A stretch of DNA of 64,000 nt from an uncultured Acidimicrobiia bacterium (lineage in GTDB: Bacteria; Actinomycetota; Acidimicrobiia; Acidimicrobiales; AC-14), in NCBI GenBank assembly GCA_963836205.1, contig CAWIIV010000007.1:250536-314535 (forward strand), written 5' to 3'. Shown piece after piece: positions 38,071 through 45,867 of the stretch. Every line of letters starts with the position of its first letter. Positions within the stretch are counted from its first letter, which is position 1. Made by a program: the position numbers and the translations under genes. Below the pieces are notes generated by a model, which searched no databases, had not been told where the DNA came from, and saw only the letters and a list, made by a program, of their open reading frames with translations.

Positions 38071-39383
38071 GGTGTCCTCCCTCGCTCGCCTCGGGCGTTG
38101 GCGAAGCTATCCCACGAGGCCCGCCGCCGACCGAGTCGTTGACCAACTGGAGCACCGCCTGGACCCCGGGCAGGCGGGCGATCCAACTGGCCGCGGCCCA
38201 CGCCAGGTTGACGTGCTCCAGGCTGCGCCCGACGGCGCCGACGCCCAACTCCCGCCGGCCGTCGCCGCCGACGTAGGTGATCCGCCGCAACCGCTCCCCG
38301 CTGCTCTCGGCGGCCTCGACCGCCAGCCCCACCGACGGCCGGCGGGCGAGGAACCCGCCCACCTCGGCGCACGGCTCGCAGGTGCGGGCGACGTAGACGA
38401 CGGCGGTGGCGGACGAGCCGATCATGGCCGGTCGCCAGCGCGGCCACCACACCCGCACCTGGCGCCGGTACTCGTGCCAGGCGGGCCCGAAGCGGTCGGC
38501 CAGCTCGATGTCCTCGCTCCACGCGGCCAGCCCGGCGGAGAAGACGGCTGCACCGGCGGCCGCGGCCACCACCGCGGGACTGGCCAGCAGCACTCCCCAT
38601 CCGGCGAGCACGACGGTCGCCCCCAGCTGCATGGGGTTGGCCACGTAGGCGTAGGGCCCGGTGGTGACGAGTCGCACGGGCGGGTCGAGGGGGACGGGCG
38701 TGCCGCCGCCGGCGCTGACGAACTCGCGGACGGCCTGGATCGCCATCGCCCCTGCCGGAGCCAGGACGAGCCCGGCGACGACGAAGTGCCACCGGGGTCG
38801 TACCAGTAGCGCGTCCCAGCCCTCGCCTGTCACCACGAACACGAGCGACGGCAGGACGAACAGGAGCAGCCCGGTGAATGCCACCACCTGGAGGACGGCC
38901 CGCCGGGGAAGGTGTTCGCCGCGGGCGGTCCACCGGCCGAGGGCCACGCCCGGCACCAGGCAGGTGGCCACGGCGAGCGCCTCGCCCACCAGCCACGATG
39001 CCGTGGAGCACGACCACCGGCTGACCCAGGGGCATGAGCACCAGGTCGGCGGCCACGAGCAGCCCGCTGGCGAGCACGAGCCGGTCGACGGTCGCCAGCA
39101 GGGGGACGGCGCCCCACAGCAGGGCCCACCCGATCCAAAGGTCGGCCGGCACCCCCGCCACCGCCCCGCCGGACACGGCGAACGTCCACCACCCGGCCCG
39201 CACCGCGACCAGGTTGAGAGCCAGCAGTGCGGGCAGGTTCCAGGCCGTCGCCAACAGGGCAGCGGCCCAGCGCCGGCGATCAGGCGGCCGGCGGTGCAGG
39301 ACCAGCGCGATCGCCAGGAGGATCGGCAGGTACAGCGCCGCCGCCCGCACCACCAGCTCGGACGACGAGCCCGGCCTGATCAC
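38048..39383 (-). CDS. Membrane protein with PEMT/ICMT-like methyltransferase domain and C-terminal CxxC (DCC1-like) domain, frameshifted near 39000
   Basis: [44 protein letters not shown]. The N-terminal TM part lies in ORF 37863-39572. GTGA overlap at 39380-39383. Confidence 0.7.
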
Positions 39384-40327
39384 CGGAGGTGCGCTTCCAC
39401 CACCGCGTCGAGGAGGTAGCCGGCCGCCCGGTCCATGCCGAAGCGTTGAAGGGGAGCGAAGTAGACGGTCGGGTAGAGGAGGCGCTCGTACTCGAGCGTC
39501 CACGTGACCCGGGTCCGGCCGGAGTCGCCGATCGGCGCCCAGGTGACCACGGCCCGGTCGACGCGGACCCACCGGGCGAGCATGGTTCCGTCGTGGTCGA
39601 CCCCGAAGACCACCCGGCCGGGGCTCGACTCCACCACCCGCAGGTGCATCTCGGCGTGGTGGTCGACGCTGCGGTGCCCGCCCAGGCCGAAGAGCCGCAG
39701 GGGATGGTCGTCGTGGGTACCGCCGGTGAACTCGATGGCCCGGACGTCGCCCACGGCGATGCCCGACCCGGTGGCGCCCACGGGCCGGTTGAACCCGACG
39801 GTGAGGAACATCGGCAGCGGCGTGTCGAACCGGGGCGGAGCGGCAACGGCTTCCGCCACTTGGGCCGGTGTGGCGCGGACGATGACGGCGGCGGTGGCCG
39901 AGTCGAGCGTGGCGAAGGGCGACCCGGCCACGCCTTCCATGCTCATGAGGAGGAGGGGGAACGTGACCACCATGAGCGTCGGTCCCTGGCCGCGCTTGTG
40001 GCGGCGGGCGAAGTCGATCGCCCCTCCGACGACCACCGAGATGAGCGCCACCAGGGGCACCGCGAACAGCAGGCAGAGCAGGCCCTCGGGGAGGATCACG
40101 CAGGCGATCAGGAGGGCGAGGACCGAGCCCTTGAGGAGCATGCCGGTGGCGCTGCGGCGACGAGGGGTGAGCACCAGCCCGATGGCGAGGAGGGTCGGGA
40201 TGCCCACGTAGAGCGCCGCCGTGCGGGACCAGCCGGTGGCGTAGACCAGTCGCTAGGCGACGTTCACCACCGCCAGCACCACGATGAGGACGATCACCTG
40301 CATCCGGGCGTCGAAGCGGGGGGTCAT
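39380..40327 (-). CDS. Membrane protein with C-terminal SRPBCC-like domain; in-frame TAG at 40253-40255
   Basis: MTPRFDARMQVIVLIVVLAVVNVA*RLVYATGWSRTAALYVGIP continues in frame into ORF 39380-40207 (EGLLCLLFAVP, TRVTWTLEYERLLYP). Confidence 0.65.
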
Positions 40328-40333
40328 GCCGTT

Positions 40334-40363
40334 ATGGTACACTTCACTAGTGTCTACTAGCAA
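40334..40363 (-). promoter_or_regulatory. Candidate MerR-type promoter, probably leaderless
   Basis: Minus strand reads TTGCTA-18 nt-TACCAT-6 nt-ATG, with a CTAGT-N4-ACTAG dyad (40347-40360) overlapping the -35 and spacer. Divergent MerR gene. Confidence 0.55.
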
Positions 40364-40373
40364 GGTAAACGAT

Positions 40374-41126
40374 ATGGCGATCGACGAGCTGGCTCAGGCC
40401 GCCGGTGTCGTCGTGTCGACGGTCCGCCTCTATCAGAACCGAGGGCTGCTCCCGCCGCCGGTGAAGCGGGGCCGGGTGGGCTTCTACGGCGCCGGCCATC
40501 TCGGTCGCCTCCGCCTCATCGGCCAGCTCCAGGAGCGGGGGTTCTCACTGGCCGGCATCAAGGCCCTGCTCGACGGGATGGACCGGGGGGAGAGCCTCCA
40601 GGCCGTCCTCGGCGTCGACGGAGGGTCGGCTTCACCCACTTGGGCGCCGGAGCAGCCGGTGACGATGACGGTGGCCGAGCTGGCCGTCCACCTCCCCGAC
40701 GTGGAGCTCGACGCCGGCCTCGTGCGGCGCACGATCGAGCTGGGCCTGCTCGAGTTCACCGCCGACGGCACCGGGGTGGTGGTCCGCAGCCCGTCGTTTC
40801 TCCGCATCGGCAGCCAGCTGGCCGCCCTGGGACTGCCGCCGCGGGTGATCCTCGACGAATACGAACAGCTGGTGGAGGAGACGGCCGGCGTCGCCGCCCG
40901 CTTCACCGACGTGTTCCGCACACACCTGTGGGAGCCGTTCGTGACCCAAGGCATGCCGGCGGCCGAGGTCACCCGCCTGGTCGGCGCCCTGGAACAACTC
41001 GGACCGCTGGCCGAGGCCGTCGTCGAGACGTCGCTCCGCCATGCTTTGCAGGCCGCCGCCGAACGCTTCGTCGAGACCGAAGCCGACCGTCTCGGCATCG
41101 ACATCCCCCGCCCCGGCCAACTCTGA
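40374..41126 (+). CDS. MerR-family transcriptional regulator
   Basis: MAIDELAQAAGVVVSTVRLYQNRGLLPPP...RLRLIGQLQERGFSLAGI. Confidence 0.9.
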   Translation: MAIDELAQAAGVVVSTVRLYQNRGLLPPPVKRGRVGFYGAGHLGRLRLIGQLQERGFSLAGIKALLDGMDRGESLQAVLGVDGGSASPTWAPEQPVTMTVAELAVHLPDVELDAGLVRRTIELGLLEFTADGTGVVVRSPSFLRIGSQLAALGLPPRVILDEYEQLVEETAGVAARFTDVFRTHLWEPFVTQGMPAAEVTRLVGALEQLGPLAEAVVETSLRHALQAAAERFVETEADRLGIDIPRPGQL

Positions 41127-41152
41127 CGCCGGCCCCCACCCGTCCCCCCACA

Positions 41153-41264
41153 GCCAACCGGTGACAATTTCGGTGGCCCTGGCCCCCAAAAACGTCACCG
41201 GTTCGCGCGCCCGCCGCCAACCGGTGACGCTTTCGGTGGCCCTGGCCCCCAGATCCGTCACCAG
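41153..41264. repeat. Two tandem REP-like palindromic units (about 50 bp, 63-bp period)
   Basis: gccaaccggtgac..tttcggtggccctggccccca....cgtcacc at 41153 and 41216. Each unit closes a ggtgac/gtcacc stem. Lies between convergent genes. Confidence 0.8.
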
Positions 41265-41282
41265 ATCGGCTGGTACGGCCCG

Positions 41283-41702
41283 CTACAACCCGCGGATGAC
41301 GATCTCACGGTGGCCGTTCGCGAGCGCCTCGAGATCATCGGGATCGCCGGTGAGGATCACGCCACCGCCGAGCTCGATTGCTGTCGCGACCACCACGGCG
41401 TCGACCGTGGAGTTGGACCGGGCCGCGCCGAGCAGACCGCCCGCCACACGCCCGGTCCCCTCGTCAGCAGGCCGCACCTGTCCGACCGCCGTGATGACCC
41501 GGTTGACGGGGGCATCCTTGGCCGATCCACGCACTGTCTCGGCGACCACCAACGACGGGAGCGACACCTCGACCCCGGCCTCCCACGCCGCGGCCAGCAC
41601 GGCGCGGGCTCGCTGGTCGTTGCGGGACAGCGCGATCACCGCGCCGCTGTCGAGGATCAGGCGCTGCGGCGGGGTTTGGGTGCGACGGCGGATCCGCGCC
41701 AA
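41283..41702 (-). CDS. vapC: PIN-domain toxin (VapC-like)
   Basis: LILDSGAVIA, VVAET, VDAVVVATA and ILTGDPDDL acidic PIN motifs. Confidence 0.88.
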   Translation of the reverse strand: MARIRRRTQTPPQRLILDSGAVIALSRNDQRARAVLAAAWEAGVEVSLPSLVVAETVRGSAKDAPVNRVITAVGQVRPADEGTGRVAGGLLGAARSNSTVDAVVVATAIELGGGVILTGDPDDLEALANGHREIVIRGL

Positions 41703-41908
41703 AGCTGCCTGGCCTCCTCCAGCAGGTCATCGGGGATCGGGCCTGACTCGGCGTCCATCTGTGCCAGGAGTTCACCGAGCCGGTCGTGCTGCAACTGGCG
41801 GCGCAGCGCCTCGGTCACGTACGACGACAGCTCCCGGCGACCGGCACGCTGGCGCGCCTCGGCGAGCACATCCTCCTCGATGCTGAGCGACACCTTCGCT
41901 ATCGCCAT
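41657..41908 (-). CDS. RHH antitoxin (VapB/CopG-like)
   Basis: KVSLSIEEDVLAEAR...LSSYVTEALRRQL, overlapping and upstream of the PIN gene. Confidence 0.82.
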   Translation of the reverse strand: MAIAKVSLSIEEDVLAEARQRAGRRELSSYVTEALRRQLQHDRLGELLAQMDAESGPIPDDLLEEARQLWRGSAVAPKPRRSA

Positions 41909-42001
41909 GGGCGTATCGTACCTTGAGTAGGAATACCTGCGCCGTCGTGCGGGCCGCCGACCCGCGTCTTCGAACGTCAGCGGCCCAGCCGGGTAACGAA
42001 C

Positions 42002-43426
42002 TCAGATGTCGTAGTAAAGGTGGAACTCGTAGGGGTGAGGCCGTAGCCGCAAAGCGTCGATCTCGTGCTCCCGCTTGTAGGCGATGTGGGTCTCGATGAC
42101 GTCGTCGGTGAAGACCCCTCCGGCCCGGAGGAAGTCGCCGTCGGACTCCAGGGCCAGCAACGCCTCGTCCAGCGACGCCGGAACCTGCGGCACCATGGCC
42201 AGCTCCTCCGGAGGGAGGTCGTAAAGGTCCTTGTCGACCGGGTCGGGGGGCTCGATGCGGTTGAGGACCCCGTCCAGGCCCGCCATCATCATGGCCGCGA
42301 AGGCCAGGTAGGCGTTCGACGACGAGTCGGGGCAGCGGAACTCGACGCGCTTCGACTTGGGCGCCTTCTGCGCCAGCGGGATGCGGCACGACGCCGACCG
42401 GTTGCGCTGGGAGTACACCAGGTTCACCGGCGCCTCGTAACCCGGCACCAGCCGCTTGTACGAGTTGGTGGTGGGGTTGGAGAAGGCGCAGATGGCGGCC
42501 GCGTGTGACAAAAGCCCGCCGATGTACCACCGCCCGATGTCGGACAGGCCGGCGTAGCCCGTCTCCGAGTAGAAGAGCGGCGTGTCGCCCTTCCACAGCG
42601 ACTGGTGGGTGTGCATGCCCGACCCGTTGTCCTCGAACAGGGGCTTGGGCATGAACGTGATCGTCTTGCCGAACGCCTTGCCCACGTTCTTGACCACGTA
42701 CTTGAACGTCACCAGCTTGTCGGCCATGGCCAGCAGGGTGTCGAAGCGCATGCCGATCTCGCCCTGACCACCCGAGGCCACCTCGTGGTGGTGCAGCTCG
42801 ACCGGGATCCCCAGCGCGATCAGCGTCGCCGCGATCTCCGAGCGGAGGTCCTGGTAGTGGTCCATCGGGGGGACGGGGAAGTAGCCCTCCTTGGTGCGGG
42901 GCTTGTAGCCGAGGTTCGGCCCCTCGTCGCGGCCCGTGTTCCAGGTGCCCTCCACCGAGTCGACCAGGTGGAACGACGAGTTGCCCCGGTAGTAGAAGCG
43001 GACGTCGTCGAAGATGAAGAACTCGGGCTCGGGGCCGAAGTAGGCCTTGTCGCCCACGCCGGTCGATCCCAGGTAGGCCTCCGCCTTCTTGGCGACGTAC
43101 CGGGGGTCGCGGCTGTAGGCCTCGCCCGTCACCGGGTCGTGCACGAAGCAGTGGACGTTGAGCGTCTTGCGGGTGCGGAAGGGGTCGATGTAGGCGGTGT
43201 TGGGGTCGGGAATCAGGATCATGTCCGATTCCTGGATCTGCTGGAACCCCCGGATCGACGAGCCGTCGAAGCCGTGGCCGTCGGTGAACACCGCCTCCGT
43301 CATCTGCGTCGCGGGGACGCTCACGTGCTGCACCAGACCAGGTAGGTCACAGAAGCGATAGTCGACGAACTCGACGTCTTGATCCGACAACATCGCCAAG
43401 ACGTCGGCCGGGCTGCGTTCCTGCAC
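42002..43426 (-). CDS. glnA: Glutamine synthetase type I-beta (copy A)
   Basis: Same motif set and length (474 aa) as 36646-38070, including DKDLYDLP. Confidence 0.97.
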   Translation of the reverse strand: MQERSPADVLAMLSDQDVEFVDYRFCDLPGLVQHVSVPATQMTEAVFTDGHGFDGSSIRGFQQIQESDMILIPDPNTAYIDPFRTRKTLNVHCFVHDPVTGEAYSRDPRYVAKKAEAYLGSTGVGDKAYFGPEPEFFIFDDVRFYYRGNSSFHLVDSVEGTWNTGRDEGPNLGYKPRTKEGYFPVPPMDHYQDLRSEIAATLIALGIPVELHHHEVASGGQGEIGMRFDTLLAMADKLVTFKYVVKNVGKAFGKTITFMPKPLFEDNGSGMHTHQSLWKGDTPLFYSETGYAGLSDIGRWYIGGLLSHAAAICAFSNPTTNSYKRLVPGYEAPVNLVYSQRNRSASCRIPLAQKAPKSKRVEFRCPDSSSNAYLAFAAMMMAGLDGVLNRIEPPDPVDKDLYDLPPEELAMVPQVPASLDEALLALESDGDFLRAGGVFTDDVIETHIAYKREHEIDALRLRPHPYEFHLYYDI

Positions 43427-43481
43427 GGGTGTCCCCCTTCATGGGCCTCTGCGTACGAACGTGCAACCATCGCGGCAGCCA

Positions 43482-43497
43482 GTTACCCGTCAGTTGC
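43482..43497 (-). promoter_or_regulatory. Candidate GlnR box
   Basis: Minus strand GCAAC-n6-GTAAC, similar to the actinobacterial gTnAc-n6-GaAAc motif, in the glnA/glnA2 divergent region. Confidence 0.5.
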
Positions 43498-43581
43498 GTC
43501 TTGATGAACGGGGTGTGAACTAGCAGGTCGCCAAACTCCGGAGGGTTCGGGGGTGGTTCAGGGGCTGCGAAGATACCGGCC

Positions 43582-44919
43582 ATGGAACGTCAGCAGGACT
43601 ATGTCCTCCGGTCGGTGGAGGAGCGGGGCATCCGTTTCATCCGCCTGTGGTTCACCGACGTGCTCGGCCAGCTCAAGTCGATCGCCATCGTCCCCGGCGA
43701 GCTGGAGAACGCCTTCGAGGAGGGGATGACGTTCGACGGCTCGGCCATCGACGGCTTCAGCCGGGTGCAGGAGAGCGACATGCTCCTCCACCCCGACCCC
43801 AACACCTTCGAGCTGCTCCCTTGGCGGGGCGAGGACGCACCCGTCGCCCGGATGTTCTGCGACGTCACCAACCTCGACGGCTCACCCTTCGAGGGTGACC
43901 CCCGCAACGTCCTGCGGCGGGCGCTCGACCGGGCACGGAACCTGGGATTCTCGTTCTACGTCGGCCCCGACATGGAGTTCTTCTACTTCAAGGGCGTGGC
44001 CGACGGTCCGCCCCAGCCGGTGCCCATCGACTACGGCGGCTACTTCGACCTCACCACCGTCGACGTCGCCACCGACCTGCGCCGGCGCACGATCCTCGCC
44101 CTCGAGTCGATCGGCATCCCCGTCCGCTACAGCCACCACGAGGACGCCCCCGGCCAGCACGAGATCGACCTCCGCTACACCGACGCCCTGACCATGGCCG
44201 ACAACGTCATGACCTTCAAGCTGGTGGTGAAGGAGATCGCGCTCGAGCGGGGCGTGTACGCGTCGTTCATGCCCAAGCCCCTGCCCGGCGTCCAGGGATC
44301 GGGGATGCACACCCACATCTCCCTGTTCGAGGGCGACGTCAACGCCTTCAGCGACCCCGGCGACGAGACCCACCTGTCCAAGGTGGGCAAGGGCTTCGTG
44401 GCCGGGCTGCTCCACCACGCCCGGGAGATCACCGCCGTCACCAACCAGTGGGTGAACTCCTACAAGCGGCTGGTGGTGGGGTTCGAGGCGCCGGTGTACG
44501 TGGCCTGGGCCCGCAACAACCGCTCCGCCCTGGTGCGCATCCCGGGGGCGAAGAAGGGCAAGCAGTCGTCGACCCGCATCGAGTTCCGCTCCCCCGACCC
44601 CGCCTGCAACCCCTACCTCGCCTTCGCCGTCATCCTCGGCGCCGGCCTGCGGGGCATCGAGCACGGCTACGACCTGCCGACGGAGCTCACCGCCAACCTC
44701 TACGAGATGACCCCCGAGGAGCGCCTCGCCGAGGGGGTGGAGGCCCTCCCCGGCTCCCTGGAGGAGGCGGTGGCCTGCATGGCGAAGTCGGAGCTGCTAC
44801 CTGAGGTGCTGGGCGAGCATGTCTTCGAGTGGTTCATCCGCAACAAGCGGGTGGAGTGGGAGGCCTACAAGTCGCAGGTCACCCCGTTCGAGATCGACCG
44901 CTACCTGCCGATCCTCTAA
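43582..44919 (+). CDS. glnA2: Glutamine synthetase family protein, GlnA2-like
   Basis: FIRLWFTDVLGQLKS, FDGSAIDGF, HHEDAPGQHEID, GSGMHTH, NRSALVRIP, RIEFRSPDPACNPY. Confidence 0.92.
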   Translation: MERQQDYVLRSVEERGIRFIRLWFTDVLGQLKSIAIVPGELENAFEEGMTFDGSAIDGFSRVQESDMLLHPDPNTFELLPWRGEDAPVARMFCDVTNLDGSPFEGDPRNVLRRALDRARNLGFSFYVGPDMEFFYFKGVADGPPQPVPIDYGGYFDLTTVDVATDLRRRTILALESIGIPVRYSHHEDAPGQHEIDLRYTDALTMADNVMTFKLVVKEIALERGVYASFMPKPLPGVQGSGMHTHISLFEGDVNAFSDPGDETHLSKVGKGFVAGLLHHAREITAVTNQWVNSYKRLVVGFEAPVYVAWARNNRSALVRIPGAKKGKQSSTRIEFRSPDPACNPYLAFAVILGAGLRGIEHGYDLPTELTANLYEMTPEERLAEGVEALPGSLEEAVACMAKSELLPEVLGEHVFEWFIRNKRVEWEAYKSQVTPFEIDRYLPIL

Positions 44920-44938
44920 GGCGAGGGGACCGAACAAC

Positions 44939-45619
44939 TTGGAATCGCTACTGCTCTTCCCGGAGCCGCCGCCGCCCTTGGTGGTGGCCGTGCTCGACAC
45001 GGCCGGCTATCCGTGGAAGCCGGCCACCACGTCCGACGAAGCGTCCAAACGGGAGCCGGAGGACGGGTGGTCGGGCGCCGTCATCTGCGCCGACGACGAC
45101 GCCGAGGGCGCGCTGGCGATGTGTCGCAGCCTGCGCAAGCGCGACATCCCCCTCGAGCCCTTGCTGCTGCTGGTGGCCGCGACCCAGCTCGACGACCTCG
45201 AGCTGCGGGAGGACCTGTTCGACGACATCTGCGTGCTCCCCCTGCGGGCGGGCGAGCTGGAGGCCCGGCTACGGCATCTGTTCTGGCGGACGGGCCGGGG
45301 CACCCGTCCCGAGCTCATCGAGTACGGGCAGCTGATCCTCAACCTGGAGACGTACCAAGCCGCCATCGCCGGCCGCCCCCTCGACCTCACCTACATGGAG
45401 TACGAGCTGCTCAAGTTCCTGGCCACCCACCCGGGCAAGGTGTTCACCCGGGAGATGCTGCTGTCGCGGGTGTGGGGCTACGAGTACTACGGCGGCGCCC
45501 GCACGGTCGACGTCCACATCCGGCGGCTGCGGGCGAAGCTCACCGAGGAGCACGCAGGGCTGATCCACACCGTGCGGTCCGTGGGCTACCGATTCGGGCA
45601 GTCCCGCTGGGGATTGTGA
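44939..45619 (+). CDS. glnR: GlnR-like orphan OmpR-family regulator
   Basis: LDLTYMEYELLKFLATHPGKVFTRE...VWGYEYYGGARTVDVHIRRLRAKL, atypical receiver, directly downstream of glnA2. TTG start. Confidence 0.8.
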   Translation: MESLLLFPEPPPPLVVAVLDTAGYPWKPATTSDEASKREPEDGWSGAVICADDDAEGALAMCRSLRKRDIPLEPLLLLVAATQLDDLELREDLFDDICVLPLRAGELEARLRHLFWRTGRGTRPELIEYGQLILNLETYQAAIAGRPLDLTYMEYELLKFLATHPGKVFTREMLLSRVWGYEYYGGARTVDVHIRRLRAKLTEEHAGLIHTVRSVGYRFGQSRWGL

Positions 45620-45638
45620 AGGGTCGGCGCCGCCGGCT

Positions 45639-45845
45639 TCAGCCGCCGCCTTCCATCTTCTGGCGCAGGCTGAGCGGGCGCATGTCGGTCCAGACCTCCT
45701 CGATGTAGGCCAGGCACTCGGCCTTGGTGCCGGACTTGCCCGCCTCCCGCCAGCCGAGGGGCACCTCCCGGTCGGCGGGCCAGATGGAGTACTGCTCCTC
45801 GTCGTTCACCACGACGGTGTAGGTCTTGTCGTCCTCTTCGGCCAT
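45639..45845 (-). CDS. mbtH: MbtH-like protein
   Basis: [13 protein letters not shown]...PLGW...[17 protein letters not shown]. Confidence 0.95.
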   Translation of the reverse strand: MAEEDDKTYTVVVNDEEQYSIWPADREVPLGWREAGKSGTKAECLAYIEEVWTDMRPLSLRQKMEGGG

Positions 45846-45867
45846 CAGTCCACCTCGCTTCGACTCG

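Noticed and set aside
40253-40255. In-frame TAG as pyrrolysine or programmed readthrough
   Set aside because: No pyl genes are seen, and a single TAC-to-TAG change or base-call error explains it in an error-prone sequence.
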